Part shown: in pieces, positions 18,333-26,982 of the stretch
How positions within the stretch are numbered: position 1 is the stretch's first letter
Layout: every line of letters starts with the position of its first letter
Source: Limnochordia bacterium
GTDB taxonomy: Bacteria; Bacillota; Limnochordia; DTU087; JAAYGB01
DNA: 64,000 nt
Assembly (NCBI GenBank): GCA_041687495.1
Contig: JAWLBR010000001.1
Span: 12,014 to 76,013 of the forward strand
Direction: 5' to 3'
The notes under the pieces: generated by a model
Databases searched by the model: none
Seen by the model: the letters and a program-made list of their open reading frames with translations, nothing else
Told to the model about the DNA's origin: nothing
Program-made: the position numbers and the translations under genes

Positions 18333-18907
18333 GCAGGCCTTATTCCCGGCGTCACAGTGGTGAACCCGCCGCCCAGTTGGTGCTTGATAGTGGCCGCTTC
18401 TCTTGGCGATGCTACTACTCCATCCAAGCCCGCCTTGTGCGCCAGGGCCGCCAGCCGAACTACCGCCTGTTCCGGATCTTGCGGTATTCCTATCTCACTG
18501 CGCAAAGTGCCGGCGTCGATACTAGTCAGTACAGTCACGGCGATGAGCTTGGCAGTCTCACCGCAACATCCCGCCGATAACAACCCTTCCCGAGCCGCCT
18601 GCATCATCTGCACACCCCCACTGCAGTGTACGTTGACCATGTCGACCCCCAAGCGGGCCAGGGCCGCCATTGCTCGATACGCAGTGTTGGGAATATCCAT
18701 CACCTTCAAATCCAAAAACACTCTCAACCCTCTGTTTTTCAAGAGCTCTAGCAGCTTGGGTCCCGCCGCGTAGTACAGCTCCATTCCTACTTTGACCCAC
18801 CTAAGGTCAGGACCGATCTGATCTATCAAGGATAGAGCCCGTTCGACTCCGGGCACGTCTAGAGCCACAATCACTCTCTCGTTGGCTGACATTAAACCGC
18901 CTCCCAT
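18161..18907 (-). CDS. pyrF: Orotidine 5'-phosphate decarboxylase
   Basis: VIVALDVP...[10 protein letters not shown]... are OMPdecase motifs. It sits between pyrD and pyrE. Confidence 0.85.
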   Translation of the reverse strand: MGGGLMSANERVIVALDVPGVERALSLIDQIGPDLRWVKVGMELYYAAGPKLLELLKNRGLRVFLDLKVMDIPNTAYRAMAALARLGVDMVNVHCSGGVQMMQAAREGLLSAGCCGETAKLIAVTVLTSIDAGTLRSEIGIPQDPEQAVVRLAALAHKAGLDGVVASPREAATIKHQLGGGFTTVTPGIRPAWAATGDQARTAEPHWAASNGCDYLVVGRPITAHPDPAVAFQQVVAEINVGLERRQG

Positions 18908-19917
18908 CCGTCTTCGCGCCAGGCCCGTCCCTGCAGCTCGCTGACCGTTTTCACCCGAACGCCTTGGCAGTACTGGTCCAGTTCAGCGATGATTCTGGGA
19001 CAGGCGTAAGGGTCGGTGAAGTTCGCTGTTCCCACTTGGACTGCACTGGCTCCCGCGAGAAGAAATTCCGCCGCGTCGAGGCCCGTGCTAATTCCCCCCA
19101 CTCCAATCACCGGAATATCTACCGCCTGGCTCACCTCGTATACCATCCTCAGTGCCACCGGCTTGATAGCCGGACCCGACAGACCGCCAGTGATGTTACC
19201 CAGTACTGGCCGCTGGGTCTTGGTATCAATTTGCATCCCAACCAAAGTGTTGATTAACGTCAGCCCATCTGCCCCTGCTTCCTGCGCAGAAAGAGCAATC
19301 TCGACGATGTTAGTCACATTAGGAGACAGCTTAACGAAGATAGGGATACTAGCCTTGCTCCTCACCCTTCGAACCAACTGACCCAGTTCTACCGGCGAAG
19401 TCCCAAAGGCCATACCTCCATGGCTGACATTTGGACACGAGACATTGATCTCCAGGGCATCGGCCAGTCCAGACTCAGACAGCTGTGCAGCGACGGCTAC
19501 GTACTCATCCGGTGTCGACCCGGCTACGTTGACTATAATTGGTGTCCTAAACTGCCGCAGCCAAGGAAGCTCAGAAAAGATCACCCTGTCTACACCGGGA
19601 TTCTGCAGTCCGATGGCATTGAGCATTCCAGCACGGGTCTCAGCGATTCTCGTGCCCCGGTTTCCCCGCCTAGCCTCCAGCGTTGTGGCCTTAACCACCA
19701 CCGCACCCAGCTGGTGCAGATCATACAGTTTTCCGTATTCCCGACCAAACCCAAAGCACCCAGATGCGGGCATCACCGGATTAGCCAGCCGCAATCTGCC
19801 CAGTGCGACCCGCATATCGGTGCGAAACCGGCTGCGCCTATTCTCCGACTGACCGCTGGCAGCTTCACTTGCCACTAGTTGCTCTACCCTCGTCATCTGG
19901 ACTCGCCTCCTGTCCAA
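18892..19917 (-). CDS. pyrD: Dihydroorotate dehydrogenase catalytic subunit (class 1B)
   Basis: [15 protein letters not shown]...IVNVAGST...[13 protein letters not shown]. It is paired with an upstream pyrK. The likely start is the internal Met at ~19815. Confidence 0.85.
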   Translation of the reverse strand: MDRRRVQMTRVEQLVASEAASGQSENRRSRFRTDMRVALGRLRLANPVMPASGCFGFGREYGKLYDLHQLGAVVVKATTLEARRGNRGTRIAETRAGMLNAIGLQNPGVDRVIFSELPWLRQFRTPIIVNVAGSTPDEYVAVAAQLSESGLADALEINVSCPNVSHGGMAFGTSPVELGQLVRRVRSKASIPIFVKLSPNVTNIVEIALSAQEAGADGLTLINTLVGMQIDTKTQRPVLGNITGGLSGPAIKPVALRMVYEVSQAVDIPVIGVGGISTGLDAAEFLLAGASAVQVGTANFTDPYACPRIIAELDQYCQGVRVKTVSELQGRAWREDGWEAV

Positions 19918-20732
19918 AGTATCTGGCGGTAGTCAAATACCGGTCCGTCAACACATACCCTGCTGTAGCCTTCAGGGGTGTCTGTCTCGAGAGCACAGCC
20001 CATACATGCTCCGATTCCACAGGCCATTCTCTCTTCCAACGAGACAAAACCTGGGGTAGAAGTGCCGGTGAATACTGCAGCCAGTGCCTGGAGCAGCGGA
20101 ATAGGACCACACGCGTACCAAGCCCGCCAGCCATTGTCCAATGCGTCGGCCAATCCATCGGTGGGGACACCTGCCTGTCCCCACGACCCGTCCTGGGTAA
20201 AAACTTGAACATTGCCAAACTGAGCAAACCTATCTGCCCAGAAGACGTCATCCTTGTCCTTGAACCCGAGGCGGACCTGTATGCCATGACCGAGGGCATG
20301 CAGGCGCTTAGTCAGTTCGAACAAGGGAGGGGTTCCCACGCCCCCGCCCACGATCAGTACCTTTCCTGAGCCCCCCCGACCTAAGCCCCAGATAGGAAAC
20401 CCTGTTCCCAGTGGGCCCAGAACACCAACACTCTCACCTCGGGACAATGTCTTCAACCAGTCGGTTCCCTGACCGACAACCCGGTACACCAGAGTGAGCC
20501 GTCCACGCTCTCCATCATCGGACAGTGCGACTTCGGCAATCGACAGCGGCCGGCGCAGCACATGAGTGACTCCAGAACCGATCTGCACCATCACAAACTG
20601 CCCTGCTTCCACCCCGTGAACCGGGAACGCCCCCTCCAGTTCCAAGGCAAAGATATCCCCTGTCAGCTGCGTCTGCTGCACCACACGCATTGAGAGTTCG
20701 CAAATCTCCTTCTCGCTTTGACACAAGTCCAT
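19893..20732 (-). CDS. pyrK: Dihydroorotate dehydrogenase electron-transfer subunit (FAD/2Fe-2S)
   Basis: Ferredoxin-reductase-like fold with a C-terminal 2Fe-2S Cys cluster (CGIGACMGC). It lies between carB and pyrD, as in Bacillus-type pyr operons. Confidence 0.8.
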   Translation of the reverse strand: MDLCQSEKEICELSMRVVQQTQLTGDIFALELEGAFPVHGVEAGQFVMVQIGSGVTHVLRRPLSIAEVALSDDGERGRLTLVYRVVGQGTDWLKTLSRGESVGVLGPLGTGFPIWGLGRGGSGKVLIVGGGVGTPPLFELTKRLHALGHGIQVRLGFKDKDDVFWADRFAQFGNVQVFTQDGSWGQAGVPTDGLADALDNGWRAWYACGPIPLLQALAAVFTGTSTPGFVSLEERMACGIGACMGCALETDTPEGYSRVCVDGPVFDYRQILWTGGESR

Positions 20733-20754
20733 TGGTCGCCCCCCTTTTTTGGCT

Positions 20755-23700
20755 TTACCGAGATGCTAGCTTTGGACAACCTTGTCCCCCGATAGGTTCA
20801 GTGTAAGGCCCCATCTCTTGTAGTACCGAAAGAATGGCAGCGGCCGTGTCTAGTGAGGTGAGGCAGGTTACTCCCGACTCCACCGCCACTCTGCGGATGC
20901 GGAACCCGTCTCTCCATGGCTGCCTGCCCCTGGTCAGAGTGTTGATGACAATGTCGACGGTCTTAGAGCGCACCAGCTGCAGAATCTGGTCTCCCTCGCT
21001 GAGTTTTGGCAGGATTTTGCACTGCAGGCCAGCTTGCCGCAGGACTTCACCTGTCCCTACCGTGGCGTACAGTCTAAACCCTAGCTGTGCGAATCCTTTA
21101 GCAGCTGAGAGTGCCTCATCCTTGTCTTTGTCGGCAACAGTGATGAGAACTCCGCCGGTTGTCGGTATCGACATCTTTGCCGCAACTAATCCCTTGCACA
21201 AAGCCCTGGCCAAATCGCGGTCTCTGCCCATGACTTCTCCAGTGGACTTCATCTCTGGGCCCAATGTCACTTCCACACCCCGCAACTTCGCGAAGGAAAA
21301 CACCGGAACCTTCACAGCGACCAGTTCATCTGGGGCTGGATAGAGCCCAGGCTCGTACCCCGTGTCCAGTATTGTCCTTCCCAACAGAACCTGAGCGGCC
21401 AGGCCTGCGATGGGAATACCGGTCACCTTACTCAAGAATGGCACAGTGCGGGAGGAGCGGGGGTTGACTTCGAGGACATACACTTTTCCTTGAGCCACCA
21501 CAAACTGAATGTTGAGTAGTCCCTTGATGCGAAAGTGTCGAGCGATCCTCTCGGTGTAGTCCTTGATAGCCGTCAGCTGCTCTGAGGTGAGAGTGATGGT
21601 GGGATACACAGCAATGGAATCTCCAGAGTGGATCCCAGCCCGTTCAATGTGCTCCATTACGCCTGGAATCAAGACTGAATCACCGTCGCTGACTGCATCC
21701 ACCTCTACTTCCTTGCCGACAAGATAGCGGTCGATGAGAACCGAGGCCTTTCCATTCAGCTGCACGCCAGTCTTTAAATAATCCATTAGCTCCTCGGCAG
21801 AGTATACAATCTCCATAGCTCTACCGCCCAGAACGTAAGAGGGACGTACCAGTACTGGATATTTCAAGTTGGGACTTAGCCCCTGCGCTTCCGGGATGCT
21901 TCGCACAATACACCCCTGAGGTCGGGGAATCTGCAGATACTCCATAGCCGCATCGAATAGATGGCGGTCTTCAGCCGCGTCAATGTTGTCTAGCTCTGTT
22001 CCCAGCAGGGGCACCCCTGCCTCAGCCAAGGTGTTCGCCAGATTCAGAGCCGTCTGTCCACCGAATTGGACGACAGCTCCAACCAAATTAACTTCCTTGG
22101 AGACTACACTGAGAACTTCCTCTGGACTTAATGGTTCAAAATACAGACGGTCTGAAACCGTGTAGTCGGTGGATACCGTTTCAGGGTTGTTGTTGATGAC
22201 TACAGCGTCGTATCCCATGTCTTGAATGGCCTTCACCCCGTGGACAGTGGAATAGTCAAACTCGATCCCCTGTCCGATGCGGATTGGCCCAGATCCCAGG
22301 ACTAACACAGCCGGTCGTCCTCCTACCTTGACCTGGTCTTTTCCGGCGTAGGTTGAGTAATAATAGGGCGTCTGTGACGGCAGCCCTCCGGCAAAGGTAT
22401 CCACCATTCTGTATGAAGGCGAAATACTGGCAGCGGCTCGCTTAGCAGCTACTTCCCTTGGTGAAGTTCGGCTTAGGGCAGCGAGCCAAGCATCTGACAT
22501 CCCATTCACCTTGCAGGTGTGCAGCAGGTCTGGTGTCAGCTCCCCTGCCTGGGTAACCTCCCGTTCCAGACCCACAAGACGAGACAGCTCAGTGAGGAAC
22601 CAGAGGTTGATGTCCGTCTTATTGGCAACGACCTTGAGGGGGACTTCACGGCGAAGCACCTCCATGATGACGAATATCCGCTCATCGTCTGCTGTTTCTA
22701 ACCGAGACAACAGAGCCTCAGTAGATAAGTCCGATAGATAACACAGACAGATGCCGTCAGCATCTAGCTCCAGTGAGCGGACTGCCTTGTTAATTGACTC
22801 GGTGAAAGTCCTACCGATAGCCATGACCTCACCGGTTGCCTTCATTTGAGTACCTAATTGTCTATTGCCTGTCGGGAATTTGTCGAAGGGCCAGCGGGGG
22901 ATTTTCGTGACTACATAGTCCAGCACTGGTTCGCAGGCTGCCATCGCTATGCCGGTGATGGGATCTGCTAACTCGGCTAGACTGCACCCCAAAGCTAACT
23001 TAGCAGATACTTTGGCTATCGGGTATCCAGTGGCTTTGGAAGCCAAGGCACTGGAGCGACTCACCCTAGGGTTAACTTCGATGACGTAGTATTGCGAGCT
23101 GTCTGGGTCTAGACCAAATTGCACGTTGCAGCCGCCGACGATCTCAAGGGCGTTGACGATCCGATGGGCAGCTTGGCACAGCATCTCATATTCCACATCA
23201 CTCAGCGTCTGACAGGGGGCGACCACAATACTGTCCCCAGTGTGAATCCCCACGGGATCCATATTCTCCATACCGCATACGGTCACACAGGTTCCGGTAC
23301 AGTCTCTGATAATCTCAAATTCAATTTCCTTGTACCCCGCGATGCTTTGCTCCATCAACACTTGATGAATCGGGCTTTCTCTCAATCCAGTCGCGACGAT
23401 CTCCTGCAGCTCCTCCAAACTCGCGGCAATTCCACCGCCGGTACCACCCAAGGTATATGCTGGCCGGATAATGACCGGATACCCGATGGTTTCAGCAAAC
23501 TCCTCAGCTTGCTCCATATTAGATATCGTCCTGCTGGCCGGAATCGGTTCGTCTAGGCTGTGCATGAGGTTTCGAAAGTGCTCCCGGTCTTCAGCCTTTT
23601 CGATCACCGCAGCGTCTGTGCCCAGAAGCTCCACGCCGCTGGAGTCTAGGTATCCCTGACGTGCCAAGTGGGCCGCCAGATTCAGCCCAGTCTGCCCTCC

Positions 23701-23970
23701 GGTTGTGGCCAGAAGTCCGTCTGGCTTCTCTTTGTTCATAATCCGAACCAGTGTATCTACGGTCATAGGCTCGATGTATACCCGGTCGGCTGTATCTGCA
23801 TGTGTCATGATGGTTGCCGGGTTGCTGTTCACCAGCACGACCTCAATGCCTTCTTCCCGCAGAGCCTGGCAAGCCTGAGTTCCTGCGTAATCAAACTCTG
23901 CCGCCTGCCCGATTTCAATTGGGCCTGACCCTAGCACCAACACCTTCTTGAGATCACTGCGCTTTGGCAC
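20755..23970 (-). CDS. carB: Carbamoyl-phosphate synthase large subunit
   Basis: 1071 aa; two ATP-grasp halves, each starting (K)VLVLGSGPIxIGQ, plus an MGS-like C-terminal domain. There is no carA between pyrC and carB. Confidence 0.95.
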   Translation of the reverse strand: MPKRSDLKKVLVLGSGPIEIGQAAEFDYAGTQACQALREEGIEVVLVNSNPATIMTHADTADRVYIEPMTVDTLVRIMNKEKPDGLLATTGGQTGLNLAAHLARQGYLDSSGVELLGTDAAVIEKAEDREHFRNLMHSLDEPIPASRTISNMEQAEEFAETIGYPVIIRPAYTLGGTGGGIAASLEELQEIVATGLRESPIHQVLMEQSIAGYKEIEFEIIRDCTGTCVTVCGMENMDPVGIHTGDSIVVAPCQTLSDVEYEMLCQAAHRIVNALEIVGGCNVQFGLDPDSSQYYVIEVNPRVSRSSALASKATGYPIAKVSAKLALGCSLAELADPITGIAMAACEPVLDYVVTKIPRWPFDKFPTGNRQLGTQMKATGEVMAIGRTFTESINKAVRSLELDADGICLCYLSDLSTEALLSRLETADDERIFVIMEVLRREVPLKVVANKTDINLWFLTELSRLVGLEREVTQAGELTPDLLHTCKVNGMSDAWLAALSRTSPREVAAKRAAASISPSYRMVDTFAGGLPSQTPYYYSTYAGKDQVKVGGRPAVLVLGSGPIRIGQGIEFDYSTVHGVKAIQDMGYDAVVINNNPETVSTDYTVSDRLYFEPLSPEEVLSVVSKEVNLVGAVVQFGGQTALNLANTLAEAGVPLLGTELDNIDAAEDRHLFDAAMEYLQIPRPQGCIVRSIPEAQGLSPNLKYPVLVRPSYVLGGRAMEIVYSAEELMDYLKTGVQLNGKASVLIDRYLVGKEVEVDAVSDGDSVLIPGVMEHIERAGIHSGDSIAVYPTITLTSEQLTAIKDYTERIARHFRIKGLLNIQFVVAQGKVYVLEVNPRSSRTVPFLSKVTGIPIAGLAAQVLLGRTILDTGYEPGLYPAPDELVAVKVPVFSFAKLRGVEVTLGPEMKSTGEVMGRDRDLARALCKGLVAAKMSIPTTGGVLITVADKDKDEALSAAKGFAQLGFRLYATVGTGEVLRQAGLQCKILPKLSEGDQILQLVRSKTVDIVINTLTRGRQPWRDGFRIRRVAVESGVTCLTSLDTAAAILSVLQEMGPYTEPIGGQGCPKLASR

Positions 23971-25261
23971 GCTGCGTCACCCTTTCTGATTGACTATCTG
24001 TAGAGTAGACAATTTCACTTGCATATGCCGTCATTTGGGGCCATCCCCGCAATGTCTGGCCTAGATAAGGGGAGTTAGTCCCCTTGGAACGAAACTCGTT
24101 CACTTCTTGGTCGTCGCTTAGGTCGATGACGGTACAAGTGGCTGAGTAACCAACCTGTATGCGATGCTCTAGTCCCAACAGGTGTGCGGGTGCATCAACC
24201 ATGGCTCGCAATAGCTGCTCGAGGGTAACAATTCCTGGTCGAACCAGATGGGTAAAGCAGGCTGCAAATGCGGTCTCTAATCCAGTTACTCCATAGGGAG
24301 CGTCTTCAAGTGAGGCTGTCTCCTTTTCTCTGCCGTGGGGTGCGTGATCCGTCGCCACCATATCAATGATTCCGTCTCGCAATCCGGCCACAAGGGCGTC
24401 TGTGTCAAAGCGACTGCGCAGTGGAGGATTCATTTTGTAGTTGACCAAGGGCTCTTTGATGTCATCGGCAGCCAACGTGAGGTGGTGTGGAGTTACCTCT
24501 GCCGTTACAGGCAGTCCCGCTTTCTTAGCCTGTCGAATCAGCTGGACTGAGGCGGCAGTGGAAAGGTGCATGGCATGATAGCGGCATCCAACTTGGCTCA
24601 CCAGCTCCAAGTCCCGTTCCAGCAGCGCTGTTTCGGCACAGGGCGGGTACTCTGCGGTGCCAAAGCGGGAAGCAGCGTCTTGATGGAAAACACCACGCAA
24701 ACCCGGCTGCTCGCAGTGTTGGGCAACGACAACCCCAGCGGCCTTCGCATGCAGCATCACCTCTTCCAGAATCCGGGCATCGGCCACACCGTCGCCATCA
24801 TCTGTGAATATCCGAACTCCTTGTGCCGCAAGAGCCGCGATATCTGCTGGCTGAAACCCCTTTCGTCCTTTGGTCATGGCGCCAGCCGGAGTGACCGCAA
24901 CTGCTGCACGGGCAGCAATGATACTGTTTAGAACATCCAAGTGAGGCACCGAGTCGATGACAGGTTGAGTGTTCGGCATCGCTACTACATGGGTAAATCC
25001 GCCGCGAGCCGCTGCCAAAGTTCCTGAAGCCACAGTTTCTTTGTGAGCGTAACCCGGCTCCCTTAGGTGTGTATGCAGGTCTACAAAACCTGCAGTCACC
25101 AGGGGCAAGCTGTAGTTGGGATTCCTGACTGGAGAGTCTGGAACTTCAACCACAATTCCATCCTTGACATGATACCCACCCTGCCAGAACTGGCCGTCCT
25201 GCCACAGGAGAGCCTCAGACAGCTGGTAATCAAGTTTTTTCGGTATACGCAATTTTCTCAC
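23954..25261 (-). CDS. pyrC: Dihydroorotase
   Basis: Amidohydrolase metal-binding motifs (DLHTHLREPG; ...VATDHAPH). 435 aa. Confidence 0.9.
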   Translation of the reverse strand: MRKLRIPKKLDYQLSEALLWQDGQFWQGGYHVKDGIVVEVPDSPVRNPNYSLPLVTAGFVDLHTHLREPGYAHKETVASGTLAAARGGFTHVVAMPNTQPVIDSVPHLDVLNSIIAARAAVAVTPAGAMTKGRKGFQPADIAALAAQGVRIFTDDGDGVADARILEEVMLHAKAAGVVVAQHCEQPGLRGVFHQDAASRFGTAEYPPCAETALLERDLELVSQVGCRYHAMHLSTAASVQLIRQAKKAGLPVTAEVTPHHLTLAADDIKEPLVNYKMNPPLRSRFDTDALVAGLRDGIIDMVATDHAPHGREKETASLEDAPYGVTGLETAFAACFTHLVRPGIVTLEQLLRAMVDAPAHLLGLEHRIQVGYSATCTVIDLSDDQEVNEFRSKGTNSPYLGQTLRGWPQMTAYASEIVYSTDSQSERVTQRAKAQ

Positions 25262-25281
25262 AGGCTTTCCCCTTTCCCGAC

Positions 25282-26364
25282 CTAGCTGGCCTGATGACTC
25301 AAGTGCAGCGTAGGCTGCCCTTGGACAACTTCCTCCAAGACTGCCATTCGCGCATATACTCCATTGTTGACTTGCGTAAGAATACGGGACTTAGGGTGGG
25401 TGACGAGATGGGAGGCGATTTCTACACCCCGGTTCACTGGGCCTGGGTGCAGGATAATCGCTTCGTCTTTTAGTCGGTTGACCCGGTGGTCGGTAAGGCC
25501 ATATGCCCGGTGATACTGGCTGGGGTCGAGATTTAGATTTTGACCATGCCGCTCCAGCTGAATGCGCAGAAGCATGAGTACGTCAACCTGGTCTATCAGG
25601 TCGTCAATGGGGAGGATAGCACCAAACTGAGTGAGCTCAACAGGCACCAAAGCAGTAGGCCCCGAAAAAACCAGTTTTGCTCCGCACTCCCGCAGCGCCA
25701 AGATGTTAGACATCGCCACCCGGGAGTGAAGGACATCACCAACGATACCCACGGTCAATCCAGACAACTGACCAAAGTGCTGTCTGATGGTAAGCAGGTC
25801 AAGTAGAGCTTGGGTGGGGTGCTCTGACGTACCGGTACCGGCGTTAACAATGGCAGAGGAAACATCAGGAAGGATTTGGGGCAAGACATCGTTACTTTGG
25901 TGGCGGATGACTAAGACATCCGCGCCCATTGCCTCAATGGTTTGGACTGTGTCCAGGAGAGATTCGCCCTTTGCCAAACTAGACCCCTCAGACTGGAAAT
26001 ACAGAACGTGGGCTCCAAGGCGTTGGGCAGCTAAGGCAAAGGAAAGCTGTGTTCGTGTACTAGGCTCAAAAAACAGATTGGCAACCGTCTTTCCCTTTAG
26101 TGGCCGATACTCAGTAGTGGTTTCTTTCCACCATTGAGCACGGTCAAGTGTGCGGTGGATCGCTGCGGCGGACATGCCGCCGATTTTCAGTAAGTGACGC
26201 AAAGGTTCCGGCTCCTTTCCTACCGGCAACCGCGCGAAGCTGTACCAGGGCGAAAAAAAAAAACTTCTTATCGCCCCCGCGATTAAGAAGTTATCCTGGC
26301 ACAAATCTTCCGAAAGAAATCTTTCGAAAGTCAGCATGTGACTACTCCCCAACCAATGGATCAA
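25282..26364 (-). CDS. pyrB: Aspartate carbamoyltransferase catalytic subunit
   Basis: STRTQLSF carbamoyl-phosphate-binding motif and HPGP motif. The ORF-track start is over-extended through the leader. The probable start is near 26175 (MSAAAIHRT...). Confidence 0.9.
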   Translation of the reverse strand: MIHWLGSSHMLTFERFLSEDLCQDNFLIAGAIRSFFFSPWYSFARLPVGKEPEPLRHLLKIGGMSAAAIHRTLDRAQWWKETTTEYRPLKGKTVANLFFEPSTRTQLSFALAAQRLGAHVLYFQSEGSSLAKGESLLDTVQTIEAMGADVLVIRHQSNDVLPQILPDVSSAIVNAGTGTSEHPTQALLDLLTIRQHFGQLSGLTVGIVGDVLHSRVAMSNILALRECGAKLVFSGPTALVPVELTQFGAILPIDDLIDQVDVLMLLRIQLERHGQNLNLDPSQYHRAYGLTDHRVNRLKDEAIILHPGPVNRGVEIASHLVTHPKSRILTQVNNGVYARMAVLEEVVQGQPTLHLSHQAS

Positions 26365-26426
26365 ACCACCGGTGGAAAATTAAGGAAGTCAGACGCCTAT
26401 GGTAACCTTATCAGCCTCGCGGGACT
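26253..26426 (-). promoter_or_regulatory. PyrR-type transcription attenuator in the pyrB leader (binding loop + terminator)
   Basis: On the minus strand, AGUCCCGCGAGGCUGAUAAGG at 26413..26426 matches the PyrR binding-loop consensus ARUCCNGNGAGGYU. It is followed ~120 nt downstream by a hairpin (26264..26290) and a run of 11 U (26253..26263), ~78 nt before the pyrB start. Confidence 0.6.
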
Positions 26427-26453
26427 GCTCTTAAAGGTTTATGTCTTGCTACA

Positions 26454-26482
26454 ACCATAGCATCTGACTCCCAAATTGTCAA
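26454..26482 (-). promoter_or_regulatory. Sigma-A-type promoter of the pyr operon
   Basis: On the minus strand TTGACA (26477..26482), a 17-nt spacer, then TATGGT (26454..26459), about 30 nt upstream of the PyrR binding loop. Confidence 0.5.
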
Positions 26483-26516
26483 TGGATTTGTTAGGCAATC
26501 ACGTAACCACAGCTGC

Positions 26517-26930
26517 TCAGTCAGCCATCCGCAAGGCTTCTTTGGCTGTGCTCTTGAATCTTTCCCAAGTCTGAGTTGCCCCGGCAATGGCATCGACTTC
26601 ATCGGGATCCTGCTTCTCAAGCAGATCCTTCTCGAGAGTCTCTTGGGCATCAACAGCCTTCTGATACTGGTAATCGGGGCCCTTCACTTCTTCTGTCTCA
26701 GCATTGATCTCTCGGTAGTCCACCTCAGTGATCTTCCCATCGGTAATGGTGATATCATTCTTTGCATACCAGTTGTGAGAATCCGGCTCAGTCTGCGCAG
26801 TGTATGTTCCATCCTCCAGGTCAAAACCTCTCTGGTTGGCTTGCTCCTGGGGCTCTTCCCGCAGACACCCAGCCGAAACAACAAGCAGCAGTACAGCAAT
26901 AAGTGCCGCAACAAGGCGCGCTTTCCTCAT
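26517..26930 (-). CDS. Lipoprotein with FMN-binding domain (PplA/NqrC-like flavinylation motif)
   Basis: Signal peptide and lipobox (LLVVSAGC). The C-terminal DAIAGATQT resembles the Dxx[s/t]GAT motif of FMN_bind domains flavinylated by ApbE/FmnB. Confidence 0.6.
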   Translation of the reverse strand: MRKARLVAALIAVLLLVVSAGCLREEPQEQANQRGFDLEDGTYTAQTEPDSHNWYAKNDITITDGKITEVDYREINAETEEVKGPDYQYQKAVDAQETLEKDLLEKQDPDEVDAIAGATQTWERFKSTAKEALRMAD

Positions 26931-26982
26931 TTAGAACTAACCTCCCGACCATGGTTTTTGATTCAGATTGGAATGACCGGCT

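Noticed and set aside
25282-26364. Apparent 360-aa PyrB with a ~60-aa N-terminal extension.
   Set aside because: The extension is translation of the attenuator leader, and homology to ATCase begins near residue 64. The real start is around 26175, downstream of the terminator U-tract.
26411-26653. 80-aa minus-strand ORF between the lipoprotein gene and pyrB.
   Set aside because: It spans the pyr promoter and PyrR binding loop and overlaps the lipoprotein gene. It is better explained as a non-coding leader.
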